A stretch of DNA of 64,000 nucleotides, taken from assembly GCA_030141605.1 (NCBI GenBank), contig JAQGDQ010000206.1:248001-312000 (forward strand), read 5' to 3'. Source of the stretch: Tubiluchus corallicola. Lineage: Eukaryota > Animalia > Priapulida. The notes below the pieces were generated by a model. That model saw only the letters and a list, made by a program, of their open reading frames with translations, had not been told where the DNA came from and ran no database searches. The translations under genes were made by a program, and so were the position numbers. This document shows, piece after piece, positions 1 through 21,600 of this stretch. Each line of letters opens with the position of its first letter. Within the stretch, counting starts at the first letter, position 1.

Positions 1-6851
<6,851 letters not shown>

Positions 6852-9800
6852 GGAGGACGTTTACTCTGTGATATTGTTTACTTGTTTACGTTGTTTATTT
6901 GTTTTACGAACGTAATTTGGCGGCGAGTAAACCAGAAATTTTTCTAACTTGCTCTCGTAATTTAGAAGTTGGATAAAAGCATCTTTGGTTTGTTTTTCAG
7001 TTTGTCCAACAAGAAATGGGCACCTGCCGCACCTCGCGTGCCACCCCCGTGGTGCCGGCAGCCGCATCCGAACATATACGGATAACGGTGTCAGCAGATA
7101 AGTATGTGAAAGCGAGACGATTGATTTTTGTTTGTTTATGTAGCTCATCTGATGTTTATGCAAATGTTTTTGTAAACAAGTTGAACGCGTATTCCGGATA
7201 GCAATCAGTTGGCATTGTAAATAACCGTCTGGTTTTAGCGAAGTTTTTATATAATTGCTTGTACATAATAAGTTTTTTTACCAACCTAGTTAGAAACGCT
7301 TACAGGTGTCTTTAGGAGGCGTACGATTAACTAATATTTTAGCATGAGTTTGTTCAGCTTTGGCAAGTTTTGGCAGCGGCAAAAAAGCCCAATACACTCT
7401 CTCCGTTTCAATGTATTAAACCTGGGATTTCTTAGTGTAAACTTCTGTATTTTACTGAAGCTACGCAAAAGTTATATGTGCTGTTATGGTCCTTCATGTT
7501 GGCGAATCTCCCTCCCGTCTGAAAACTATGGCACCGCATTATTTTTGATGTAATCAATATTGTTTAATTGCCGTTCAATAGTAATTATGATAGTGAATGT
7601 CGTTTAGCTCTTTTGAAAGTTTTCCTGAGAGAAATTGCTGTTATAAATGATTCACTTCACATGTAGTATAAATACTTTATGTAATTTGTGAAGTAAATAA
7701 TAGGGGATACGGTATTTTAAGCATTTGGCCGAGAAACATCTTTTGTTCCTCTGATGTTTGTTTTCCTTATATGTTCAGTACCTTAAGCAGTTTCTTCTTT
7801 GTTAGCATTATTACCGTATTTGTTTACCTGTGTTCATGAATGTATTATTGGTTGAAGTCAGTGTAATTAGTTTTCGTTGTTACTTTTCACTCCAGGTTAG
7901 TGGTACGGCAGCAGAGAGCAGTCTCGTACTGATCTGATCGCGTTAGTGTTGCCTGTCCTTCAGTAGTAAGTATAATTGTACGTAAATACATACGTAGGAG
8001 TGTGGCAGCGAGTCGGCCGTCATTCTAGAATTTTCAAGGCCAAGCCGTAATGAGACATTTTTGCCTGTAGATGCACATAGTGGGAGGTGGGCAATACTGA
8101 GGGTGATGGAGGGGTCATAACACGACGGTCACAACGCAGGCTAAACCTGTAGGAAATCCTTTCACGTTCACTAAAAAAACCATTTTGGAAATTCCAGACC
8201 TTTCAGAAAAGTATTGATATCATCTCCGGCTAAACAAATGACCATTTTTGCTTTGAGTGCTGCTGAAAAGAGCAGGGATTGCAATTTCGGAGTATTCTGG
8301 CATCAATTTTGCGTTTGTTTTAGCGGATTGAACTAACCTTGAGTATTTTTATAATGGTAAATAAATCAGACGTAAATTAATTTCACAGCTTGTCAAAATG
8401 GTGAGATGTGATGCGCCAATACCTTTGAATTTCTTCGTGCATATAAACGAACGATTCTATAATTATCTAAAGTGCATTTAAAGTTTTAAGGAAAGCTTAT
8501 TATTGCCAAATTGAATTTCTTTTCTCTGCTTATTACCACCAGGAACTGATAAATTTTTTTAATTACGATGTTGGTTTGAATTCACCTGAGAAAAATGTTT
8601 AGTTTGGTAGCAGAATGATCTAGATATTACTGCCAGGTGATGACAAAATTTCATTAATTACGATTTTGGTTTGAATTCACCCGTGAAGTGCTTAGTTTAG
8701 TAGTAGAATGATCTAGGTCGCTTGAGCGTGGAAGTTGCATGTCTGACCACTGTCCTGCCCCCAGACACGAGGTACTTGTATATGTTAGCCGCGTTGACAG
8801 ATTACATTGAAGCGTTTCATCAGTTTTATTTCTAAGAATTTAGCAGACATGTATTTTTGTGCACAAGTTTTTCCATTATTGTTTGTATAAACTTTTTAAA
8901 CCATGCCGCCAAGAATATAATATCACTTTTGACGTTTCTCTGTTATGTAGTATATCAGGTATCAACTGTGTTTATGTACAGAAATAAGGTGAACATAGTT
9001 TCAATTTTGTAATTCCAAGTTGGCGAATTCGTCGATGGATTCGCCAAGTGATGCTTTTCGTCGGAAGAGTCATACGTGATTGCAATTAGCTAATCATTCT
9101 TGTAGATATGTTTGGAAGCAAATAATTAGCGATTATATGTTTGCATATTGTAGTTTAATAATTGTAATGATAGTTAAATTTTTAATAAATCAGGTTATGA
9201 TGACCCAGTGATTCACACTATGTTGCTGCTTCATCTCCATTGATATTGTTGTCGTTATATTCAACTCCTTCAGGACCTCACCACACAAAATGAGTCTTAT
9301 ATAAGACCTGTGACTTCTCTGCTGCTGTATGAGCACAGATATAACTAAATGATTACAAATTAGATACTGTACTATTCAGGAGAATCTCGGCAATTCAATC
9401 ATACTATTTGTCTAAGCATTTATAAGTGATTTAATTGGATAAAATTAAGAAAAACACACCCTTTTCAGGCGCTCCAACTTAGCCTGTCGAGTAGCTTCAT
9501 CTGGTGTACAGTTGCGTGATCGTACACAATTTTGTTGCATGCTACCGCCCAAGCGAACTGTTTGCTGTATTCCAGGAACTTAGCCTATCGGGTAGCTTCA
9601 TCTGGTGTATAGTTGCGTGATCGTACACGTCTGCTGTATTCCAGGAAAACTTAACCGATCATTCAGGGACAAACTAAAGTCGTTTCATCTTCTACAGGAA
9701 TTTCTTCTAAAGAATAGATTACACTTGAGGTCAAAATGTGACAGAGTCTTGAGTCTGGATAGTTGAAATTTTCTGCATTAGCTTATTTCACACAAGTGAT

Positions 9801-10439
9801 ACTGTACATTGTTACAGTGCAAACCCTGCAGTTATTGAAAAACTTTTTTCAATTTTTTCGTCAAAAGTCGATTTTTAACTGGCTGCGGTTGGCAAATGCA
9901 TTTCATATATAATTTTGCATGAAAATTCATTGCATGGGGAGTAGAAACGTACAAAAACTATTAAATTGAATGCAATCATTGCTCAGTAAGATGCAGTATT
10001 GCAAAGCACAGTGAATTCTTACGGTCCTGAAGGAGTTGATGACTATTTCGTCTCGGACTGCAAAGCCTGCGTGCTGTCCGTGGAAGACATAACAGCACTC
10101 TGACGTCTTTGACTCGGTGAGGATAAGAAAAATTTTCGCTAAGGACAGAGTTTTCATAATCCCATTTATTAGAAACACAACAACATAATAATTACCAATA
10201 GGACAACTGCTTGTTAACAATAAAAACGGTACAATAATTGACATTCACTACAAGCATATAAGTGAGCAGCTATCCAAAAACATAAATCGCTATTATACAT
10301 ACGATATGCAGTATTCATTATGCTAACATGTGTAATTGTAACCATTGCCAGATGCTGTATATTGTAACTGGCACAGCAGTGCTTCCAGTAAACTAATTGG
10401 AATTGATATTAATGCAAAGTTGCTTGAGCCAAGAAGCTT

Positions 10440-10930
10440 TAAAAGAAAAAACAAGCCACTCAGTATGTCACGTTTATTTTACTGTTATCACTTAAACTGT
10501 TTGTGGTGTGTTAAAGGAAAGAACAAGCCACTCGGTATGCTGGGTTTATTTTACTGTTATCACTTAAACTGTTTGTGGTGTGTTAAAGGAAAAAACAAGT
10601 CACTCAGCATGTTGGGTTTATTTTACTGTTATCACTTAAACAGTTTGTGGTGTGCTAAAGGAAAGAACAAACCACTCAGTATGCTGGGTTTATTTTACTG
10701 TTATCACTTAAACTGTTTGTGGTGTGTTAAAGGAAAGGACAAGCCACTCAGTATGTGACGTTTATTTTACTGTTATCACTTAAACTTAGAAAACATAACA
10801 AAGAAATTTGCAAAAAACTGTCTATAAAGCATAAATCTAAATGTACTACCTCTGAATAAAAATTTTCAGGCGTGGTGGTTGTCGACATTTCTTTGAAATT
10901 ATGACGTAATAGGTGGACTTGGTGTAACTA
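10440..10930 (+). repeat. 72-bp tandem array (about 5 units) followed by the body of the Kolobok-like family K1 element
   Basis: Unit (TT)AAAGGAAAG(G/A)ACAAG(T/C)CACT(T/C)AG(C/T)ATG...CACTTAAACTGTTTGTGGTGTG; the same unit occurs at 55666-56660 and once at 44049; the downstream sequence matches the K1 body at about 44110-44290. Confidence 0.88.
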
Positions 10931-11426
10931 AATCAAAAATATTTGTAACCTCGACTGGAACATCTGTTTAACTAGTGAGTGAGAAACTGATTCTTACACT
11001 TAATTGTAACTAATTAAAGCATAAACAAATTTTACGCATTTGACTTTACGAACGCAAAATAGAAAATTACTGGAAGACCAGATAGATCAGGCAGTACAGG
11101 TTCGTTAAGATTGGAATTCTGGCATTGTCTTTGGACCTGAAGATTAGTCCACAGTGCTAATGTATTTATCATTTGCTACATCAATAACAATATGCTTTTG
11201 ACCTATGATAGGAGCCCTATATCCTATATGCTCCAGACCTGCCAACAATTTGACATAAAAATGAATGTGAAATGTAAAAAGCTCGCATTTCATCTCACCC
11301 CTGGAAGGATCCGGCAGAGAGAGGCAAATTCTGCCCAAGAAATTTTGGCTTTTTCGGGGTATCAAAATGAAATTATCAAAAAATGAAGGGAAAATAAAAA
11401 AAGTAACGATAATTCTTAAGTAGCAC

Positions 11427-11903
11427 CAGTGCAGTTCGTGTATAGGTATTGTGGAACTGCAGCACCCCTATTTTCACTTAATATTATTGATAATATTCAA
11501 TATAATAAATCTTTTTTAGTTCTTTCTTTATAAAAAAAGAGCATGTGAGGGTAGTACTGTTTGCTTCACAGCCCAGCACAGTGTGCTCACAGCTCAAGCA
11601 ATGCGGTGTTTGACTGTTTGTCTGAGGTAAGATGCTGCACTTTAGGTAGAAAGAATACTGTCGCTCACTGCAGTACGCGTTGTCAGTTGTTACGTGTTTA
11701 AAAGCCGTGTACCGGCATTTTCTTGAACTGAGGCAATTTAGGCTATTCGTAAGCAAACCATATTTTTTGTTTAGGATTTTATCAAGTTTATGTATAAATT
11801 TTCGTATTAAATTTACATGCGATTGTTTCATTTTACACAATATTAAAATGGCACAAAATTTCTGGCGTAGCACCCCAGTAATTTTAGCTTCGAGCCAACG
11901 CTG
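11427..11903 (-). mobile_element. hAT-type MITE (family H2) nested in an older dispersed repeat
   Basis: Ends CAGTGCAGTTCG... / ...CGAGCCAACGCTG, imperfect 8-bp TSD AGTAGCAC/GGTACCAC; both termini match the element at 42569-43026 in the opposite orientation. Confidence 0.65.
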
Positions 11904-12637
11904 GGTACCACTGAGCTTTCATATCATGCTGTTTACAATGGTTTATATATATAAATGTGTTCTTTTGTGCACATGAAAAAATCAAGAGTACTTAGTTTTC
12001 AATAATTGTAATACCATTTAGTATAACACACATCGTGAGGCTCACGAACACAACTGCATCATTTAGAGTCGTTTTTCTGGTTGGTAAAAAGCAAAAGAAG
12101 CCAGGTGATTTGCAAACTTACGTGTGAAGTTGCAGAATGTGTGAGAACTAAAATTTGATGCGTGTGACATGAATGTCGTTTTTTCTCTTCTTTTCCTTCT
12201 TCCTATCCCTAATCTTACTATTTTTTTCCATTCCATTATTTCTTCTGATCCTAACCATTCTTTTATTTACTCATTTGTGCCACCCTAACAAGCCAAGCTT
12301 TCAAGGTGTCATACAGCAACTCTTTTATGACAACGCATTTGGCTAATTCGACTTCATCAACGTTTTTTTATCTATACTGTTTCTTTTTTTTTCAATAATA
12401 TCGTATGTTGATGTATTGTATATATATTGCTGGAGTGAAATAAATTGATTGATTGATGATTGCTTGATGATTGACTGTGTGAGAGTTTGCAGATCTGATT
12501 ATTATTGAACTTACAAGTAAACTCAAAATTAAGGCCAAAACATTTACATGCAAATACGAAATGACTTATAATAATATACAAACAATACAGAAAGCCTTAA
12601 TACATCACATTGTCTATGACGATGGATTTAATCAGTG

Positions 12638-15600
12638 CTACCTACACCAGCCGCTACCGTACCGGTACATCAGATACGACAATAAGCACACGGTACCGGC
12701 CATCGTCCACATCACAATGCTACCGTAGCCTTTGTCTGCAATCAGCCTGCTAAGCTGGTTTAGTTTCTTGAATGTAAAGAGTTTTGGTCCGGCAGAAACG
12801 CGGTCTCTTTGTTGTGCGGGTTTGACTCGTGGCTTTGGCCTTGACCTAAAAAGAGAAAATGGGAGTAAAACTCGTCACTAACTGCTATGAGACACCACCA
12901 GTCTAAGCACTAGACACCATAATTAATTTAGACAACAAATCTCTTTATTCAGCCAAAAAACTGCACCGTTGACAATTCAGCGTGCTTGCAACAGTGGTGC
13001 CATCTACCGACAGATATGCCAATTGTTTGCGACTAGTTTCATTGCACACATTTTTCAACTGGAAATTTAATTTCAGATTAGCAAATGTAGTTTCTGAAAT
13101 AGCAGAAAGTGTTTCGCAATTAAGTTGAACGATTTTCGTTTTTAAAATCTTATTTTCGGAAGTAGAGGCTAAGAACTGTTAACACAATTTGTCTTTTCTA
13201 TTCTTATATAAAGATAAAGTGATTTGTCTTGAAATTTTGTATTGCCTGCAATCATCAGGGGGGTATTAACCAATCGGCTAATTAGGCTTTAGCCTAGGGT
13301 ACCGAAGTCTGAGGGACGTCAAATTTTAGGAAAAATTCTTATTCTCCTCAGAAAATGTGTATACTTTCATATTCATGTAAAGGACACATTTTATAACACA
13401 GCATAGGCAGTTACTGAGCGCAGCTTTTACAAACTTTTATATAAGTACCACATAACGAACAGGTGCAAGGTAATACAGAACATGCATATGCGCAGCCTGC
13501 TTAAATATAAGCGCCATGCAAATATATGTAATTAATAATGACCACGTAGAAACTAGGTTAATAGTGTTTTGTTTAATCTATTCATTAAATAAACAACAAT
13601 AAATTCACAATAGAGATGGGAGGGACAGAACTATCAGCCTAGGGCGTCACAAAGTCTTGATACGCCCCTGACAATCTTGTTTTATTGTGCACAGGACTTG
13701 TATCAGTAGTAACGCTGTGGTAAGTCATTGAAACATTAGATGACTTTCCGTAAAATTTGAAAAAATAACCAGAGCATTTGTACGGCACTCGTCCTTAACT
13801 AAGCACAATAGTAAATAAATTTCTTTATCTTGTTAATAAGACCAATAATACATTCTTTTGGTGAGCCAATGACACTTTTTGGTGCACTCTGGGATAGCTA
13901 GACAGTCGCATTTTACTAGCTGGTGCGAAGAATGTAGATTATTAAGGATTTTCTTCTTCGATGTCGTTCAAACGGATGAACATGATGCAAAGTAATGTGC
14001 ATTTGTATGAAGAGTTTTTGAGACATACACTCATGTCTCGGTTTGGTAGACCTCGCTTTTACGAAAAATCGGACAAAATCTTGACTGTTAAGGTCCCACA
14101 CACTACGGACACAGTCCGTTGTTTCACAAGCTGACTATTAGTTGGCTATTATACATCGTTACAGGTGTAACCAAGCCGCGTCGTGCAACGACACATGCGT
14201 AGCTTGTATGTCAGGAGTGGTCCATACAAGACGTTTTTTAGACAATTGGGCGATTGATTCTACATTATCGTGAGTCTAACACACAACGCCTACTGTATTA
14301 GCTTAGTATTGATAAATATGGACAATCGGCAAATTCGGACCGACGTCTCCCCACTTTTTCCTGGCAAACCGAGATGTGAATGTACCTTGAAATCGTTCTT
14401 TCCTCCACTTTAAACAAAAGATTTCAATATTCAAGCACAACCTGTATCTTGGTACTTTACCTTTCTCTGTAAGAAACAACTTCTGTCGTGAGCTTCTCCG
14501 GAGGAAACCGGATGAACAGCTCTCCCGCTTTGACGAGCAGCAGTTCAAATGGCAGATCACCGGGTATACTGGATAGGAGCGCATGAACCATGGCCATGTC
14601 ACATTCCGTTTCTAGAATCTCTTCCTTACGATGCAGCACAATCTGAAACAAGATGTGGTATCCATGGTAACGGAGTAGAAAAAGTCGCTACATACAGTGC
14701 AACACTAATATTAGAAAATTTTGTATTAAATACAATGGCCCTTACATACGGAATTCAATTGCTCCAGCTATTAAAAATGCCAACTCGTTTCCATATTTAA
14801 AACAAAATATAAATTAAACTTACTTGAAACATATAACTGATGACTCAATTATGATTTGGTGGTTTTCATTTCCAAAAACTTGTATAGTATAATATTTTTA
14901 TTACTTCCCACCCGTATTTATATTGTATATATTGTAATATTGTATCTGTATATATTGTAATTTTTTTCGTAACTAATTCTAGTGGCCTACCATAAGCTAG
15001 ATTCTTAGGTCTCTAGCGCAGTTTTCATGAATTGTATCATATTTTTGTATTAACAAAACCTGTTTATCGTGCACATGTAATGTATATGTAAATGTTTATT
15101 GCGGAATAAATCTATTAAAATCTAAAAGGGGTGCGAGACCACCATCTTCCCAATGATCAAGACAATCCGAAGTTATCCGGTTGGCGTGTCGTATCAACAA
15201 GTTAAGATTAAGTGGGATAAAATCTAACATTGGAAATCAAGCTGAATTTTGTTGGGCCGCTATAAGGGATGAATTTTGAATTGCCTTGATCACTGAGAGG
15301 TACAGCGGCTGAGTGGTTTAAGGCAACGTGTAGACGAAGGGATGACTTTCTGCTTACCTCGCCATCTGGAGGAAGGGTTTAGAGCAGGGGTGTGCAAACT
15401 GCAGCCCGCCGAGAGAATTTGTGGGGCTCGCGAAATGATTTGTCAACGTAATGAAAGTGCGGCCCACGCAATCCAGCTGAAGTCCGCGCCAATATCGCAA
15501 AGATAGTGCTGGTAGTTTTTTCCTCTAGATCGGATGGCATTAACCCTTACAAGACCGTTGTCACTTAATGTCACTGTCGGACATGACGAAATATATGGTT

Positions 15601-18600
15601 TTTAATATAAGTTTTAATAACTTCTAAAATAGTTTCTTGAGTGTAGTAGTAATGATGTGACAGATCGGATGCAAAAAAAATCATTATCAGGTCCTACTGT
15701 ACTTGGCTTCTTAACCAAACTGCATGTGGTCCACAGGAATTGCGGGAAAGCTTAATGTGGCCCAGCTAGTCAGATAATTTGCATACCCCTGGTTTAGAGT
15801 TTCTATGCTGGAAAGTGGTCAATATTGCCTAACTCAAAGCTTTTTTTCCGGTCGGTTGGATTTGAGTTATAACGAATTTACTGTATCGCAATTTTAATTA
15901 ATAAATCAGTGTCCAACGTACTTACAGCTGCAGCTAGGTATATTGGCATGTAGGGATGCGATGCTATGAAGAAGTCGTATAAACGTACAACGTGCTTGAA
16001 ATCACTAAGTACGTGACCGTACCAGGTTATTAACCAGCTTAAACAAAATATTGTGCCGACTTGCGACCTGAAATGGAAAAATTCGAGGATTGTTTAAGAA
16101 CTCACAACAAAAGCCTTAAGCTAGGAGTGAAAACTGGTAAAACTGGCATTGCTATGGCGACCGAGTCACTATTTGCCCGCCACGTAGAGATGAGTTAAAA
16201 GAGCAGTACTCGTGTAATTGCACTACTTGCACTCATGTTTTCCTGCATTTGAATGACCAGTGATGGATGACCAGCCACACCTCCCTGTCCACACTGGGTG
16301 ACAAATTCCAATAGAAATTCATTACAAACGAGATATACTGTACTGTTACTTCCTTTCACATAAAATTTCAGTAACTATTTTTGCAAATGCATACAGTGAA
16401 CCTTGGATATAAGGGATAACTCCGGACCTGAAAAAACCGTCCCTTATAGTCGAAGTTGAGTCAGACCAAGGGTGTACCTACACCTGTACTTTTCTGTACT
16501 TTTACCCATATTTTTATGGATTATTGCTACACATTCAGTGCAAATGGTGTGTAGGAAGCTCTTTCAGAGATATGAGATGTACGTGACCTTGGAAACCGAG
16601 CTGTTTGAAGACCGAGTTTGTGAAAAATTGAGGTTAAAAATCGATCAATTTCGCTTTGATCATAGGGTCCCTTATATGCGAGGTAATTTAACTGGGTTTC
16701 TATTATGCGTGACCTGAAGACATCGTCCCTTAGAACCGAAAGTCCCTTGTATCCGAGTACCTTATATGCGAAGATATTTACATAGGAAAAACGTTACGAA
16801 AAATCGGGACCGGTGTTGGTGGTCCCTTATAAGTGGGTGTCCCTTATAAGCGAGTACCTTATACCCAATGTTGACTGTAGTTTTATTAAAAAAATTGGTC
16901 TTTGTGGTTCAAAAGCACAATGAAAATAATCCTAGTTTCACAATCTCTAGGAAAAAAACATTAAATCAGGATGTGATAACACGGTACTTGCAGCTTTCTT
17001 TATCATTTGTGCATACTACATTTTGAAATTGCCATCTGTGTTATTATTTTTCAATTTAATAATGTTGTACTCACAGAAACATTTCAACAGAGGTTAATAC
17101 CATTGAATACTTTATGGTAACATAATCAGTACAACATAAATGACCCAAATATCCCATAAAATGGATTAACCTGACTGTTCAGAGCACAGGTGAGTAAAAC
17201 AGACTGGTGACTAGCAGGTAACAAACTGAAAAACTGGCCAAAACCAAAAGCTTTACATTCCCGCCACAGATGGCGCCTGGTGCACGAATTTGTAAGCAAG
17301 ATTAACAAAAAATAGCTAGGTCTGCTACAGATGTTTTCTGCCTGCATAATGATAATGAAAGTGGAAATTTGAAATCAAAATCAAGCGATTTTCAAGAAAA
17401 GGACAAAAACGGGAGTCCTGGTAAAATTCAAACCAAGTTTTCACGATAAACTATATTTTACAGGAAGTTTTAATAATTGTCAGTGTTCAGAAAGTGTCTA
17501 CATCGGACAAAATTCGGTTTTTTCAAAAACCTCATCGTTCATTATCTTTGTTTTATGTCGGCATTTTCTCACTAGTGGATTAGACAGCTTTTAGAGGAAA
17601 TCTAAACAGGTCTTTGTACATTTCATTAAAAAGAAATGCTGCACTAATAGAAGACCTTAAACAGTGGATAAATTTTACATACTTTTCCATAAAACTGCTC
17701 AATTCTGGGCAATCTTTTTCCACGATCGGATAAAGGTAGTCCAGGATTTTCGTAGTTTCTTCCATCGATGTGTTCATGAAATCCCTGAAATACAGAAACA
17801 AATTATTGCCATCTCGTTCTAGCAAAATTGCTAAGCTGTCAAGAACAAAAGGATTTCTATCAGCCAATCAGAGAGTGCTGCTGCTACTGCCATGTTCAGC
17901 CATAATCGGTATGGTGAACGACACCACCCAGAGCAAGTATCAAACCCACGTGATAACGAAGCTTTCGTTGACTAACCTTGGCGGGTTTAGCTTCGGTTAC
18001 GAAGCACCGGCTACGAGCGCCCACAACTGTAACGCGAAGAACAACCATCGTTTTTAGCTACTCATTCTTTGTTATATAATCAGACAAAAAATCTGGGCCG
18101 GCTCTAACCACTAGGCAAACTAGGCAGCTCCCTAGGGCACCAAATTTTGGGGTGCCGTATTCTGCAAGTAAATCTTTAATCAACAAATAAGGCCTGAAGT
18201 GGACTAAGCACAAACAGATCAAGCCTCATACATTAGCATGAAAGATTGCACTTATGAAACTGTTTGTAATCAAAACAGCTAATTTTATCAAGGCACAACA
18301 GACACCGTTTACACAATACACAGCGACACAATACTTAGAATCATCAAGAAAGACATAACCAGGATTCTACGCCTTTCGTGTACTCACTTTAAATGTGTTA
18401 GTGACAATTTCTGCACCAGCTGAAATGCCAGACTGTCACCAACAACCAGGAGGAATGTGACAGCTATGTCATGATAACCCTAAAACACACAGAATCAGTT
18501 CAATGTAGTCATCATCAACATCACGTGCACAGTGTCTTATTACAACTAACACACCACAAAAAACAAAATTTAAGTTTAATTTCTGGACTTTTCGTTGCCT

Positions 18601-21600
18601 AAACAAATAAAACTGAATATTCACAAGATAAGTGATAGTGTCTACCTTTCTTTATGAGTATCTAAAACATATTTATGATTTAAATAGTGAATATTCGCTG
18701 TTAAGACACGACACTAGCTGAGGCATTAGAAAATTAATAAAAAATTGCCAGTTATTTATAAAATATCTATTATAGGAACACGTCCTAAAATAAAAACACA
18801 AAACGATAAACAAGAGATGCAGAAATGAGCCACAAATTTTGCGCTTTCAATTTCTTTCGTTACACAGCAAGCGTACTCGATGAGAAAACGTGTGCTGCTA
18901 CCTGGTGACACACAGCTACGTTTAACAATTGTGTAAATATTACAATAGTATCAGATTTTACATTTTTTACTTGGCGGACAATACAAGACATTAGAATTAC
19001 TAGAATTTATTGCTAGATTTACCATGAGCATACAAAGATAATTTTTACAGAAAGCATTGAATTAACACAAATTTTACAAAGAAAAAACATTAATATATAA
19101 TTTTTATTGAGACTACGGGCATGTCTCTGGACAACACCAGGAAGAAAATCTTGTGTTGGTGCTGCCCAGATTAATGGTAAATATGAAAATTAAGAAACAA
19201 AACAGAAATGCATTAAATGATTTCTCTCTCACACTCACTCGCTCTCACACAGTCACTTGCTCACACACACAAATGCATGCACACACGCTCGCTCACACAC
19301 ACACACACACACACTTTCTTCTAGAATGAAGACAAGTTGCAAAAGGTAGAAATTCAGCATGTTGATGAGGAATACATGAATTACACATGTTAGTACGATG
19401 AAGTTATGATGACGATTAAGTCATGATAATATTTCTAATATATAAATATATATAGAGCATGCAGCTAAATATGAAGTCAAAACACTTTTGACCAGTCTGC
19501 AGACATCATATGTGTGACTGCAACCCAAAACTGTCCATAAGTCGGCATAGTTAAAAGAAGGTTATGATGTTTCAAAGCAGAATGCATCAAAAATTGGGTC
19601 AAATATCAATTTCTCGTTATTTAAAAAAACGAATGCTAAATACAGTCTAGTCTCGTTATCTCGCCACTGTCCGTCTAGGGCAAATTTTTGGTGAGAGGCG
19701 AGTATGGCGAGATAACGGGAATATAACGAAGTTAGTCTGTATGTATATAGAGTAAGGATATGTATATATGTAGAGTAAGGATATCGGTGACGCTTTAGTT
19801 TCTCTGCACATTAACCAACCACAGCACTCCTAATCTAATCCTGGTGAGACACACACTAGATTAATTATGTCTGTCTATCGAGTACAGCAGCATTGTCTAC
19901 ATACCGCGGTTATATTGATCGATTCACCTCTGAGTTTGTCTGTTTGGCGACATAACGAATATAGTTTACATAAGCACTCATCCTAGCATGACGTGGCGAG
20001 GGCGAGAAGCGAGGGTGGCGACTTAACGAGGTAAATATCAAAGCAGGAAATCCGTCCTGGTACTTTCTATGGCGAGAGACGAGTTACGAGGGGCGAGATA
20101 ACGAGGCTAGACTGTATATAGGACTTTTAATTGAGTTCTAGAAGGAAATCGCCAGGAAATAATTTAAAAAATACTAAAAAATTTAAATTTATAACCCCTT
20201 ACCCACTTCTCTGCTGAAACACTACTAATGCAATTGTGAAAAACTGGTATTTTGAAACTCTGAGAGCAGCTAGTGGAAGCAGCCATTTTTTTCTTTTGCC
20301 AAGCCTCGATACTCATCTGGAAGAGTCATCTACTGGATTTAAACACAACTTCATGGCAAAGTCCATAGCAACCATCATTCGTACGGTTGCTAGGCATTTT
20401 TGCTGAAGCGCGACAAGAGGCAATGGCAAACTATAACAGCGATTTTCTCAAAAGTGCGCAGCCTGCACTTTAATTTCAACATGGATTATCTCAGCTTAGA
20501 AATAACATGGAGCAATGAGTTTGTACGAAAATGCTCCTCAAGAAAAACAGATACAGGGTATTTGAATAACTAAGAAATTTAATAGCCAACTTATGGAGAA
20601 TTTTGCTGTGCAAACACACATTTTTCAACAAAATTCTCTCCTTCGTCTAGAGTGTCACTGGCATCGAATGAGGCATATATGGTTGACAAACAATTACTAT
20701 TGTCCCCCCTCTGCTGACCTGATAATAATGTAATTCTGGATTATTGATCAGTATCTGTACAATCAGCTGCACCATCTGATCTTGCATGCCCAATCTCTGC
20801 CTCTCATTCATACCTGTAAAATATTAATGAACACCTGCAAAATCAAAGTAAGTAAGAATTGACTTTGTTGTCAAATCTGTGAAAAGCGAAGAAAAATATT
20901 ATCTTAATTGGAAGCTGAAGGGAAACTAAAGTCACAGTAAGTCATAATTTTGACTAAGAAAAAAGTCACAATTTTGACTATGGAAAAAGTCACAGAAAGT
21001 CACAATTTTGACTAGGAAAAAGTCACAATTTTGACTATGGAAAAAGTCACAGAAAGTCACAATTTTGACTAGGAAAAAGTCACAGAAAGTCACAATTTTG
21101 ACTAGGAAAAAAGTCAGAAAAAGTGACAATTTTGGCTAGGAAAAAAGACCAGGAAAAGGGTGAAAATTTCGACTAGGAAAAAAGTCACAGGAAAAAAGTG
21201 ACAATGTTGGCTAGGAAAAGTCACAGGAAAAAAGTGATAATTTCGGCTAAGAAAAAAGACACAGGAAAAAGGTGAAAATTTTGGCTAGGAAAAAGGTCAC
21301 AGAAAAAAGCTACAATTTTGGCTAGGAAAAAAATCACAGGAAAAAAGAGACAACCTTGGCCAGGAAAAGTCACAGAAAAAAGTGACAATTTTGGTTAGGA
21401 AAAGTCACAGAAAAAAATGACAATTTTGACTAGGAAAGACAGTCGGGTAATCAAACAAAAATATTTAAGTCAATCACAATTTAATTAATAATTAAATCTG
21501 TTGCTAATTGACAATATAAGAGCAGTACAAATTGACAACACTATTTATATTACATGTACGTGAAAAAATAAGTTTTGTTCAATATCTCAGGATCAGGGTT

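Noticed and set aside
6852-12637. An additional gene between PRPF4B and TBC1D20
   Set aside because: The ORFs are short, low in complexity or repeat-derived, and no consistent exon chain was found. The region is best read as 3' UTRs plus repeats, although a small gene cannot be excluded by eye.
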